A stretch of 64,000 nt of DNA from Antedon mediterranea (Eukaryota; Animalia; Echinodermata), in NCBI RefSeq assembly GCF_964355755.1, contig NC_092676.1, forward strand, positions 1,121,788 to 1,185,787, in the 5' to 3' direction. The notes below the pieces were generated by a model. That model did not search any database and was not told the DNA's origin. It worked only from the letters and a program-made list of their open reading frames with translations. Each line of letters starts with the position of its first letter. The first letter of the stretch is position 1. Below are positions 1 through 14,000 of the stretch, piece after piece. The translations under genes and the position numbers were made by a program.

Positions 1-202
1 ACTTCTTGAACAGCCTGCATAACCTGTTTTAATTGAAATTGTTTATGGCATGCCAATCTATGTTTTATATATATATATATATATTTTATCTGTATTTTAT
101 TGTTAACCGTTTTTGATGTTGTATTGTTTTATGTTTCAAACCTGTTAGTGGCGGTATTTATCGCTGTTGGTTTTGATTGAATAAAATAAAATAAAAAATA
201 AA

Positions 203-335
203 AAGAGCTAGAATCATATTAAGAGCTAGAATCATATTCAGAGCTAGAATCATATTCAGAGCTAGAATCATATTCAGAGCTAGAATCATATTCAGAGTTA
301 GAATCATATTCAGAGTTAAAATCATATTCAAAGCT
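203..335 (-). repeat. 18-bp coding minisatellite (tcagagctagaatcatat; encodes SEYDSS)
   Basis: About 7 copies visible; a GAA>TAA variant in one copy supplies the stop at 221-219. Confidence 0.9.
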
Positions 336-2090
336 ATAATCACTCAAATCAGAACTGGAACAACTTTGATTAACCCATTTCGAATGTGAAACACCATCTA
401 TATCTGAAAGATTATTATCCTTTAGATTAAGCATGCCAGGTTTTAATGTCACTTTGTTTACTTCACATTCCTTCAATAAGTCTCTTATAATAGTACCTGA
501 GAGATTACAATTAACCAAGTCAAGGTTACATAATTCTGGTGAGAATTGTAATAACCAAGCTAATTTGGATACCTTAATTGCAGCTAAATGAAGACCAGTT
601 AAATCTAACCTCTTCAATGGTAACTTATGATTATGTTCATGGCAGGCATCTGCCAGACTTTCTAGATTACCAACTGACAAGCTATAATTACTCCATTTGA
701 ATAACTCATACTTGCAATCCATTAGATTTACCAACTTGGAAAGTGAAACACCATCTATATCTGAAAGATTATTATCCTTTAGATTAAGCATGCCAGGTTT
801 TAATGTCACTTTGTTTACTTCACATTCCTTCAATAAGTCTCTTATAATAGTACCTGAGAGATTACAATTAACCAAGTCAAGGTTACATAATTCTGGTGAG
901 AATTGTAATAACCAAGCTAATTTGGATACCTTAATTGCAGCTAAATGAAGACCTGTTAAATCTAACCTCTTCAATGGTAACTTATGATTATGTTCATGGC
1001 AGGCATCTGCCAGACTTTCTAGATTACCAACTGAAAAGCTATAATTACTCCATTTGAATAACCCATACTTGCAATCCATTAGATTTACCAACTTGGAAAG
1101 TGAAACACCATCTATATCTGAAAGATTATTATCCTTTAGATTAAGCATGCCAGGTTTTAATGTCACTTTGTTTACTTCACATTCCTTCAATAAGTCTCTT
1201 ATAATAGTACCCGAGAGATTACAATTAACCAAGTCAAGGTTACATAATTCTGGTGAGAATTGTAATAACCAAGCTAATTTGGATACCTTAATTGCAGCTA
1301 AATGAAGACCAGTTAAATCTAACCTCTTCAATGGTAACTTATGATTATGTTCATGGCAGGCATCTGCCAGACTTTCTAGATTACCAACTGAAAAGCTATA
1401 ATTACTCCATTTGAATAACCCATACTTGCAATTCATTAGATTTACCAACTTGGAAAGTGAAACACCATCTATATCTGAAAGATTATTATCCTTTAGATTA
1501 AGCATGCCAGGTTTTAATGTCACTTCGTTTACTTCACATTCCTTCAATAAGTCTCTTATAATAGTACCTGAGAGATTACAATTAACCAAGTCAAGGTTAA
1601 ATAATTCTGGTGAGAATTGTAATAACCAAGCTAATTTGGATCCTTTAATTGCAGCTAAATGAAGACCAGTTAGATCTAACCTCTTCAATGGTAACTTATG
1701 ATTATGTTCATGGCAGGCATCTGCCAGACTTTCTAGATTACCAACTGAAAAGCTATAATTACTCCATTTGAATAACCCATACTTGCAATCCATTAGATTT
1801 ACCAACTTGGAAAGTGAAACACCATCTATATCTGAAAGATTATTATCCTTTAGATTAAGCATGCCAGGTTTTAATGTCACTTTGTTTACTTCACATTCCT
1901 TCAATAAGTCTCTTATAATAGTACCTGAGAGATTACAATTAACCAAGTCAAGGTTACATAATTCTGGTGAGAATTGTAATAACCAAGCTAATTTGGATAC
2001 CTTAATTGCAGCTAAATGAAGACCAGTTAAATCTAACCTCTTCAATGGTAACTTATGATTATGTTCATGGCAGGCATCTGCCAGACTTTC
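219..2090 (-). pseudogene. Out-of-frame continuation of the NLR LRR region (about 5 more 119-aa LRR modules plus acidic SEYDSS tail)
   Basis: ORF 219..2117 holds the same 119-aa module as the end of ORF 2065..4692. The repeat period drops from 357 to 337 bp at ~2090 because tagattaccaactgaaaagc is missing. Confidence 0.75.
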
Positions 2091-5000
2091 TATAATTACT
2101 CCATTTGAATAACCCATACTTGCAATCCATTAGATTTACCAACTTGGAAAGTGAAACACCATCTATATCTGAAAGATTATTATCCTTTAGATTAAGCATG
2201 CCAGGTTTTAATGTCACTTTGTTTACTTCACATTCCTTCAATAAGTCTCTTATAATAGTACCTGAGAGATTACAATTAACCAAGTCAAGGTTAAATAATT
2301 CTGGTGAGAATTGTAATAACCAAGCTAATTTGGATCCTTTAATTGCAGCTAAATGAAGACCAGTTAAATCTAACCTCTTCAATGGTAACTTATGATTATG
2401 TTCATGGCAGGCATCTGCCAGACTTTCTAGATTACCAACTGAAAAGCTATAATTACTCCATTTGAATAACCCATACTTGCAATCCATTAGATTTACCAAC
2501 TTGGAAAGTGAAACACCATCTATACCTGAAAGATCATTTCCCTTTAGACAAAGCTGCTTTATGACATTCGATAGCACCTTACCTTTCTTATTGAATAATG
2601 CATTGAATACTTCACCAGATAATTGACAATTACTCAAATTTATGTCATGAGTTATGTTAATCAAAATTGTCAGTGAACCTACAGAAATGCTACTTAGATC
2701 ATTATCACTGAGATCAATCTGTTCAAATTCTAAGGAGATATCATTTACTTGATCAATAACATGATTCAATACATCACCAGTAATACTACCAGGTTTGAAA
2801 TTCAGACACAGAGTAGAAAAAGAAAACGTCAACAAATGAATCAAGAATTTAGGATTTGTTGATGTTGTAAAATGAATATTCCTAAATCTGTATTTAAATT
2901 GAAAACTGTCCATTTCAGCTGACAGGGTATCAATCTCACTGTCTTCTAACAATAACAATGAGTGCAATTTAAACAAACTGCCATCTTTATAATTTTTATA
3001 TTGATCACTTAATAGTCCATGTACAATGATATAGATATGAACTAGCATAGAACAAAACGTTTTTGTTGCTTTAGTGTCTTTTGTTTTTGTGATATTTTTT
3101 AGTGTATCTACAATATCTTCCCAATTTTCCTTAAACCTTTCATAACAAATGTTCATAAGTTGTACCAAATGTTTGTTTTCAATTGTTTTATCATAAGGAA
3201 GAACATTCCTTATCTCACACACAGCATCAGTTGATATGTTTGGTAACTCACGTATTACATGTATTTCATGTTCTGGTTTTACATAGCTGAAATATTTAGC
3301 TAGTGAATAGTAGTTTGCAGCTGTTTTCACCTTTAACCAATGTTTTATCATTTTACCAGCATCTTTACCTAGGAATTCTATAGTGAATATGATTGTCATG
3401 TGTAGATATGGATTTAACAGCATCTTTTTACACTCTTCTTCTTTCATATCATTTGACAAACATGCATTAGCAAGGTAAAACCCTGCTAACGCCTCTGAAA
3501 CTAGCTTGTGTGGTGGTGCAAACACTGCCTTTCTATCGGTTTTAATACTAGATGCTTTTTTGTAAACAAATCCAAGTTTAAGTGCTAGTTCTACTGTATC
3601 CTTGTCAATCATACCATCAAACTCATTTTTGTGGATGTAGAGTTTGTTTTCCTTCAGGCCGTTAAACATACATTGACCTAGTGCAAGTATAGCCTTTTTA
3701 TATGGAGCTTGAATTTCGCATATTTCTGCAATCTTATTTTCCTCAACCTTTGTATGTTGATTTAAAGTACAGCAAATAAATTCTTTAAAAAAATCTGACA
3801 TGGTAATTGGAAGTATTTCATCTGCCATTGGCTTAGAAGTGGATTGTTCACACATGCTACAAATTATAAGTAATAACAATGGAGATGAACACAGTTCTTT
3901 TAAGTGTTTTGTTTCATTTTCAATTCGCCATGATCGTTCAAAGTTTAATTTAGTAATCAACTTTTCTCCCAATTCAGGATTATGTTTAAAATATTTCTCA
4001 ATATAAAGCTTCTTGCTTTCTTTACTAAATCCATTGACCTGAACATGCACATCACAGTTTTCAACAAATGTACTAATGTTTACAGGTCGAGATGTTATTA
4101 ATGTGGTATTATTGTCATTTGATCTAAAATATAACAGGTTTAATGGATTTTCAGCACCTTTGTTTAACTCATCTAATCCATCTAATAGTATCACTATTTC
4201 ATCCTCATTTTCTGTTATGAAATTTGCAATCTGATCTACAGAATCTTCGGATTTGAATATGTTTTTCATACGGTTAGCAAATTTTCTAAGGTTAATTTGT
4301 TTAACAATACTATCTATGATTGTCTTTCCTACTTCTATGTCTCTGATATTTATTAGAAACAATATTTTGTCCGAAAATGTATCATCTTTAACCTCAGCCC
4401 AGTTGTAAGCAATGTATCTGAGAAGGGTTGTCTTTCCCATCCCTCCTTCACCTGTTAATAGAACTTTACATGACCTGTTAGATTTTATAATCTCCAATAC
4501 TTCCTCCAAACATGTAGGTTTAGCTTCTTGCTGCCTCGTTGCCTGGTCAACCTGTTTTTGTTTTGTAGATTGAAGTAATGTGAGATCTGTGAAGACATCT
4601 GCAATATCAACTTTGTGTTCTTCATCAAAAACTGCTGTTCCCATTAGGTTCATATTTTTGTATAATTCTTGTAGTTCTTCCTTCAGAAACATTTTGATAG
4701 CTGTTAAAAATTAATTGCATTATATAACAAATGCAATGAAAATTCAGTAAAAAAAGTAACCGCATGTAAATTTAATAGCCTTTCTCCTAGGGTCTATGAA
4801 TTCATTTCCAATCTTGTGACAGAGTTAGCGACTTTTTAAGATACGTTTATCCTTATTGTTTCATTTTTTTGAATTATAGTTTTATAGAAACAACAGAATA
4901 TATCAATTGTGTTGAAATGTTGCTTTTGTATTAAGTGAACAACAACAACCCATGGTCAATAAAATAATCATTATTTTGCATGCATCAAAAAAATTAGAAA

Positions 5001-8000
5001 ATTTCAATGTTTTGGGTGTTTTATTAATTTAAGAATGCCATTGAATCGGGTTAAAAATTACCTTTATGTGCTGGTGATAACTTACTTTCTTTAGAGTTAG
5101 AAGAGGAAGGCTTCATTACTGTTTCACCTAATGAAAAAATCAACAAAATAAAAACCAACAATCATGTTGGTAAAAGTAGTTTGAACTCAATACAAAATAA
5201 TTCATGCAGAACTAATTCAAAACATTCATTAAAATTTGAATAATTTTACCAAAATATGAAATCAATAAATAACTCTAAGGGAATATATTACTATACTTTG
5301 TGGAGAGTGTACTTTTTCTTTTGGACATTGAATCAAATGTCTTTGTAAGTAAAACAACTTTTAATACAGTATCAGAACACTGCTTTATGGATTTCATAGG
5401 CTAAGTAATATACCTATATTGTATTAAGTACTATACAGTACATTACCTTCCTGTAGAATGCAAACAGCACGTTTGAGTTCTAGTCGTTCCAATATTTCAA
5501 TAAATTCTTCCATCTTTGTTGGCGTGATCACCTGTTTATGCTCTAGATCTCTAATCATAGCCCAGCTGTCTTCATAGTCCTTCAATGGTGTGTTGTAGTT
5601 TGCATCAATCTTTGATACATCACTTGGCGTCAGACAGTATCCGAATTCAACTAATTTCTGCCTGTGGATTGTGAACCTAGTAATTGGTGTTTGCTTGTCA
5701 ATGACAGGAAATGATGCTATCTTTTCTTTAAGCTTACGCTGGAGAGAAAATTCTTCAGTTAACTTGATGACATCATGCAGGAGAGTAAGATAATTGAATT
5801 CATCAGCTGATTCCAGTACATTTAACAGATCTATCGTCTTAGCGATTCTTGACAGTTTAGATTCTTTTACACGATCTTTAAGCAGTACTTTTAACATACC
5901 AAGTTGGTTGCGAGCATCAAAATAACCGGAGATAGTTATTTTCAGAAAGTTAAAATCTTTCTCTAAAATTCATAAAAAAATTTGAAAAATATGAAATAAA
6001 ATATAAATATACAGTATTCTAAAGTCATGCCTAAGACACAATTCTTTTTTACTTATGATGGTATCCATACAGCTACAAAATTGCAATGACATAATAGCAT
6101 TTCAATGTGATTGGGTGTGTTTACTATTAATTTGAGAATGTCATTCAACCAATTCAATTTTAAATTGAAAGGAAAAACCATTCAACTGTGTGGTAACAAA
6201 ATATACGATCAGGACAGAAACATAAACTAGAAACCACCTACCACCAGTAAAGTAAGGTTTGCAGTACACCATGTGATTCCAACAAAAGTTGTTATGCTAC
6301 AACCAACTTTAAATAATTTGGAGTATGGTCAAGATATCATTTAAGTCACTTTTTTTTTTATCAATTTATTTTAAACTTTTAATACACATTGAACAGTGTT
6401 TGAACAAGTTGTATAATTTTGTTTAAATTTTTAATTTTTAACAAAAATATTGCCGAGTTCTATGGTTTACTTAATAAATATATTATTTGTGAACTAATCA
6501 TGTTTGCAAAATGTATTCAGAATCCTTTTGAACACAACATTTTAAATACAAAAACACACTTTACTTCAAAAATAAATATATATAGTTACTTACCATGGTC
6601 TAGCTTTTGTTTCTTTGTTAATTTTGAACTTTGTGAGGTTTTACCTTTGAAATAAAAGAAAACGTATAGAAATGTGCTTCAATAATGCACTGTTCTTAAA
6701 AACTATGCAGCTGTCTTTGGGAATTTGCCAAAGATATTAAACTATTATACAAATACTGGTGTTAGTTTATTTTCTTCAAAGTTAGAAGAGGAAGTCTCCA
6801 TCATTACTGTTTCTTCAATATCTAAATAAACAAATACACAATAGAATTAAATAATACTTTTAGGATACACATTGAACAGTGTGCTTGGAGAAATATACAT
6901 TTTGTTTATATTTTTAACAAAAATATTGCTGGGTTCTACGGATTAGAATTTATTTGTGAACCAATAATTGTTAACGAAATGTTTGCAGAAGAAGAAACAC
7001 AACATTTTAAATATAAAAACACCTACTTTAATACATATACTACGCTCATGCTAGCCATTCGCGTTTTCGCAAATTGCGATTGGAGCTGTCAATTTGCGAA
7101 AAAAAAATATATATCATTCGCAAAACTTGCGAAAATAATTTTTCCTTAAAAACTCATAACTTCTTCCGCCTAGGCCCTAGCTAGGCTTCAAATATTAAAG
7201 TTTTATGTACGTAACCCACAACGACTTCGCCGCTGTCGCCAGCCTATAATAAGTGACAGCGATGTAGCGTTACTTACCATCAACGATGTTTTTTTCGCGT
7301 CACTTGAATAAATTAAAAGAAGTTTTCCGCTAGGAGGCCTATTTATTGTACAGGCGAGTAGTTGTAAATCGCGTCATCTGTAAATGTACACGCGTACAGG
7401 AGAATTTATTTATGATTAGACATGCGCAATAATTGTAATTACGAACAAACAGATGTAAATATCGCGCAATAACAAACATGCTGCATGAACATTCCGACGT
7501 CGTCGTCGTAGTTCATTTGTGGTGTGTGTTACGATGTTTTCGTGAGTGAATAAGAAGCATACAACTCAAACTATTTTATTATATTGTTTGTGATGAAAAA
7601 CTTCATCCAGGCAGGCTGCATATGCTGATAATTGAAGTCAATCATACATGACTCGGCCGTGGCATAGATTATTGAGTAGACCTCCTTGGCCGTGGCGACT
7701 GGTATCGCGTCAGGCCGGTTAGGCTGCAGTAGATACACTTACACTTAATGTTTGATGGAAATAGTTTAGGCTATAGTGCCTATTAGATTCCATTTCTAGC
7801 CGAAAATAGTTGTCAAGTCTAGACTTAAAGATGTTCACTGAAGAGGCTTGTATTACATATTCAGGCAGAGAATTCCAGTGATGTATGACTCTGATGGTAA
7901 AAAAGTTGACCCTGCACATAAGATTTCCTCTAAGTTTTGGACAATATAGTTTTAAGCTGTGTCCCCTGGTTCTGATATGAGACAATTTAAATAAAACTTT

Positions 8001-11000
8001 TGGGTCAATATACTCAAAGCCTTTCAAAATTTTGAAAGCTTCAATCAAATCTCCTCATAGTCTTCTTGTCTCTAATGGTTGAAGATCAAGATATTCTAAC
8101 CTTTTTTCATATGGTAGATCACTTTACTTGACCATCTTTGTAGCTCTTCTCTGCACCTTCTCCAAGATTTCTTTGTCTTTGTTATAGTAAGGAGACCAGG
8201 ACTGTATACAGTATTCCATAGGTGGACGGATGTATGCCTTGTACATGACCTGAAAACTTTCTTTGTCAATATTTTTTAATGTTCTTTTGACAGTTCTCAT
8301 ACTATTCGTCGCTCTAGCTGCTGCTGCAGCACACTGTCGGCTTGGCTTGCAGTCGCTAGTGAAGATAACACCAAGGTCTTTTTCTTCGTTTACTGCCAAT
8401 AACGTTTCTCCATTTAGACAATATTCTGATTTCTCTGTCTTTCTGCCAACATGGAGCACTTCGAATTTCTTGGTATTGAATTTTAGCAGCCAGTCTTCTG
8501 ACCATTCCTGAGCCCTATAAAGATCAATTTGAAGTTTTCTTGAATCCGATTTTTCTTTGATGGTCTTTATAATCTTTGCCTCATCTGCAAACATGTTAAA
8601 GTCTGCGCTGATAATTTTATCTGGAAGATCGTTTATGAAGAGGATGAATAGGATTGGGCCAAGGACTGATCCTTGTGGGACTCCACTCACTACATCTACC
8701 GGCTTGGATGTTGTATTTCTTACAATTACTTTCTGTGTTCTTCCTGCCAGAAACTCAGCTATCCAATTTATAGTCTTACCAGATATTCCATAGCCTATCA
8801 GCTTGTGAATTAGTCTTCGATGTGGAACGCTATCGAACGCCTTCATATAATCAAGGTATACGATATCCACATCTTCACCACTATCTAGAGCTTCAGTGAC
8901 TGTTTCGAATGTTTGTAGCAAATTTGTTAGACAAGACCTACCACTTAGGAATCCATGTTGACACCTAGACAGCATTCTACTTCCTTTAACAAAGCCAAGC
9001 ACATTGTCTTTGATGATTGATTCAAAAACTTTACATGGTATTGATGTTAGGCTGATGGGCCGATAATTTTCAGCTTTCTTCTTGGATCCTTTCTTGAAAA
9101 TTGGTGTGACATTTGCTGTCTTCCAATCTTTTGGTAGATAGGCCTAACATTTTTTAATGTGGTCATGTTTTATTTGTATTTTAATCACAAATTTTGAATG
9201 AATAAAATAAAAACAATACAAGACAACAACCTACATATTTATTTGATGTATCTACCGTAAAATTTAGCCATTTTCATGGTTTTTAAAATTCGCGAAAGAA
9301 TTTGCAATTTTGCGGAAAAAAATCGGCGACCTTAGCAAATTTTGCAAAAGCAAATTCCACCTTAGCGTTAGCGTAGATATACATATATATTAGTGACTTA
9401 CCATGGTCTAGCTTTGGTTTCTTTGTTAATGTTGGACGTAGTAGGGCTTTACCTACGAAATAAGAAAAGGTATAGAAATGTGCTTCAACAATGCACTGTT
9501 CTTAAAAAATAAGCAGCTGTACTTGTGAATTTGCCAATGACAATAAATTATTGGGCGTCTAGAAAACTCAGATCTCAGATATATCGGAGTTTTCTAGATC
9601 TAGAAAACTCAGATATCTGACTTTTCTACATCTACAAAAATCAGATATCTGACTTTTCTACATCTAGAAAACTCAGATGTCAATATCTGAGTTTTCTAGT
9701 TCCATTTTGGAACTAGAAAACCCAGATCATCAAATGGATCGTTCCATTATTAATAGAGGGTAGCTTGTTTGAAATACTACAGTATTATACGCTACTAATA
9801 ATAATAATTATTGTAACTTGTAGTAGCAGCCTACGACTTAAATCATAAAGAAATACAGTATACCCTTTTAAAATGTAGGCTTAGCATTTAGGTCTAGCTA
9901 AGCAAACTCAATTAAAGGCTCAACGTGTAGGCACTATCGCGATGTATCGCGAAGAGTAGGCCTAGGCCTGGCCCTACTAGGCTAGAAATGGTCAACTCGT
10001 ACCCAAAATAACTCGTACCTATTCCCAACTTGGCAAACTCGTACCTTAACCAACTCGTAACCACACCAACTCGTACATAACTAATTTTTAAGCCTACATT
10101 TTAACTGTAACGTGCACTGTATTTTCTTTATGATTTAAGCTGTAGGCCGCTTCTACATGTTATAATATTAGTAAGAAAACGTATAAGCCTACAGTAATCA
10201 GTTTTAATAATACTCTAGTATTTCAAATGACCTACCTTCTGATTTATAATGGAATGATCCAAATGACCTATCAACTAATCATTTGATGATTTGAGTTTTC
10301 TAGTTCCATTTTGGAACTAGAAAAGTCAGATATTGATATCTGAGTTTTATAGATCTAGAAAAGTCATATATCTGAGATCTGAGTTTTCTAGATCTGAGTT
10401 TTCTAGACACCCTAAATTATTATACAAATTATTGCCAATGGTATTAAATTATTATACTAATTATGGCGTTTGCCAAAGATACTATACAAATTATGGCATT
10501 TGACTAGATAGAATCAGCTGAAAATCTTACGTTTTATTGATGTCTTGACTATCTGCTGAAGGTTCATACTTTCATTAATTTGATCATATGGAACTTCTGA
10601 AAGAAAAACACCTTTAGTTCCCGACAACAGATACAATACAAAATTCATTTATTTCATAATAATAAGTACAACATACCAATCAAAGGCTAACAAACCAAAC
10701 AACATTACAAACAGAAAGCCAAAATTGTAGTATTTAAAGATCAAAGTCATTTATTATTTGTAATTAAACTTTTTCTTTACTTCACTTACCTTTATCTGTT
10801 GGTGTTAAGTTACACTCTTCAGTGTTATAAGAGGAAGTCTCCATTACTGATTCATGCAATTCTACATCTAAAATAGACAAAGTACAAATAATATGTAAAT
10901 AAACACCACCACTTATAATAATATTAACTAAACAAATAATAGGCATGTATACAATGTTTAGCTTGTATAATGTTATAATATATTTTTAATTTTACACAAT

Positions 11001-14000
11001 TGTTTTTACTGTAGGCCTTGAATTTAAATTGGTCAATTCAGACTCAGTATAGTAACATGCATGCAGTAGTGTTAAACACAGAACTTAGTACAATGTTTTC
11101 TTCATTTAAAATTTTTATTTTAAATACCGGTAATAAAACTAAATAAAACAAAAGTTCATTGTACATTTGAATCTGTCTCTGTTACTGGTTACAGGCTTTG
11201 ATTGTTTCCAGTAAATATGTAATATTAGGACTGAACCATGATGTTATCAAGAATATAAAAATAAATATAAAACCAACCATCCATGAAAATTTTCAAAGCC
11301 CAGTTCATTTGATTGGCTTTTAAAGCTGTAAGAAATCTGTCCATCTTTGTCACATCCTCATCAATGATCCCTCTGTGCTCAAAGTCCATAATCAAACTCC
11401 AGCTGTCCTGATATCTCTTTACTGGATTGTTATGTAAAGAATCAAGTGTAGATACTTCATCACTATTAAGTTCTGCTCCAAGCTGAAAAAGCTTTTGTCT
11501 GTAAGATGTTAACATTATTACTTTATGATCCTTTATATCTTCTGGGGGTTGATTCTTAATTTTTGATTTAAAGCCAAATTGTTTGGTTATCTTTACTGTG
11601 TCATATAGAATAGTAAGATTTGATGAGCTCAGACTTCCAGAGGCTGTTAAATCCTGTAGTAGATCCATGACACTTTTAGCTCTCTCCACATGCACGTTAG
11701 ACATAGCCAGATGGTCTTTGTATAAAAGTTTCAATGGAGTAAGGTAGTTATATCTATCATACCATTCTGCTGTATCAGTCATCAGTTGATTAAAATCATC
11801 CTCAGAGATTTCTAGAGAGAAAAGTAAAACACCATTATATTTTTAAGAGGGTTTTGTAAAGGACCAAAAGTTGATATAATCCTAATAAAACAAGATAACA
11901 TAAGTAGAGTTGAAAGATGTACAAATCCACCAATCATGAAGTGTGGGACATGTAGTGGGATCGTGAAGTGTGGGACATGTGTGGGATCGTGAAGTGTGGG
12001 ACATGTGTGGGATCGTGAAGTGTGGGACATGTGTGGGATCGTGAAGTGTGGGACATGTGTGGGATCGTGAAGTGTGGGACATGTGTGGGATCGTGAAGTG
12101 TGGGATATGTGTGGGATCGTGAAGTGTGGGACATGTGTTGGATCGTGAAGTGTGGGACATGTGTGGGATCGTGAAGAGCTAGTTTTTACAAGCATAGCCA
12201 TAGACTTAAAACAAGACTATATATCATTGCATTGAAGATAATCATGACTGACATATGACGTAGCTCAATAACAAAGGTTTGGGTTGGTGTCCGGTGGGGC
12301 TTAGTTTACCTTTTAAATGACGTAGCTCAATAACAAAGGTTTGGGTTGGTGTCCGCTTAGTTTACCTTTTAAATGACGTAGCTCAATAACAAAGGTTTGG
12401 GTTGGTGTCAGGTGGGGCTTAGTTTACCTTTTAAATGACGTAGCTCAATAACAAAGGTTTGGGTTGGTGTCCGGTGAGGCTTAGTTTACCTTTTAAATGA
12501 CGTAGCTCAATAACAAAGGTTTGGGTTGGTGTCAGGTGGGGCTTAGTTTACCTTTTAAATGACGTAGCTCAATAACAAAGGTTTGGGTTGGTGTCAGGTG
12601 GGGCTTAGTTTACCTTTTAAATGACGTAGCTCAATAACAAAGGTTTGGGTTGGTGTCCGGTGAGGCTTAGTTTACCTTTTAAATGACGTAGCTCAATAAC
12701 AAAGGTTTGGGTTGGTGTCCGGTGGGACTTAGTTTACCTTTTAAATGACGTAGCTCAATAACAAAGGTTTGGGTTGGTGTCAGGTGGGACTTAGTTTACC
12801 TTTTAAATGACGTAGCTCAATAACAAAGGTTTGGGTTGGTGTCCGGTGGGACTTAGTTTACCTTTTAAATGACGTAGCTCAATAACAAAGGTTTGGGTTG
12901 GTGTCCGGTGGGGCTTAGTTTACCTTTTAAATGACGTAGCTCAATAACAAAGGTTTGGGTTGGTGTCCGGTGGGACTTAGTTTACCTTTTAAATGACGTA
13001 GCTCAATAACAAAGGTTTGGGTTGGTGTCAGGTGGGCTTAGTTTACCTTTTAAATTACGTAGCTCAATAACAAAGGTTTGGGTTGGTGTCAGGTGGGACT
13101 TAGTTTACCTTTTAAATGACGTAGCTCAATAACAAAGGTTTGGGTTGGTGTCAGGTGGGACTTAGTTTACCTTTTAAATTACGTAGCTCAATAACAAAGG
13201 TTTGGGTTGGTGTCCGGTGGGACTTAGTTTACCTTTTAAATGACGTAGCTCAATAACAAAGGTTTGGGTTGGTGTCAGGTGGGCTTAGTTTACCTTTTAA
13301 ATTACGTAGCTCAATAACAAAGGTTTGGGTTGGTGTCCGGTGGGACTTAGTTTACCTTTTAAATGACGTAGCTCAATAACAAAGGTTTGGGTTGGTGTCC
13401 GGTGGGGCTTAGTTTACCTTTTAAATTACGTAGCTCAATAACAAAGGTTTGGGTTGGTGTCCGCTTAGTTTACCTTTTAAATGACGTAGCTCAATAACAA
13501 AGGTTTGGGTTGGTGTCCGGTGGGGCTTAGTTTACCTTTTAAATGACGTAGCTCAATAACAAAGGTTTGGGTTGGTGTCAGGTGGGGCTTAGTTTACCTT
13601 TTAAATGACGTAGCTCAATAACAAAGGTTTGGGTTGGTGTCCGGTGGGGCTTAGTTTACCTTTTAAATTACGTAGCTCAATAACATTAACAAAGGTTTGG
13701 GTTGGTGTCAGGTGGGGCTTAGGTTACCTTTTAAATGACGTAGCTCAATAACAAAGGTTTGGGTTGGTGTCAGGTGGGACTTAGTTTACCTTTTAAATGA
13801 CGTAGCTCAATAACAAAGGTTTGGGTTGGTGTCCGGTGGGGCTTAGTTTACCTTTTAAATGACGTAGCTCAATAACAAAGGTTTGGGTTGGTGTCAGGTG
13901 GGACTTAGTTTACCTTTTAAATTACGTAGCTCAATAACATTAACAAAGGTTTGGGTTGGTGTCCGGTGGGGCTTAGTTTACCTTTTAAATGACGTAGCTC

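Noticed and set aside
697-2356. Five 83-aa plus-strand ORFs, and ORF 158..343
   Set aside because: Antisense or alternate-frame shadows of the LRR and 18-bp repeats.
8124-9002. Functional or domesticated reverse transcriptase
   Set aside because: 5'-truncated, catalytic motif degenerate (FADE) and interrupted by stops downstream.
11812-12201. His/Pro/Thr-rich ORFs in three frames
   Set aside because: Products of the 26-bp minisatellite, which lacks stops on that strand.
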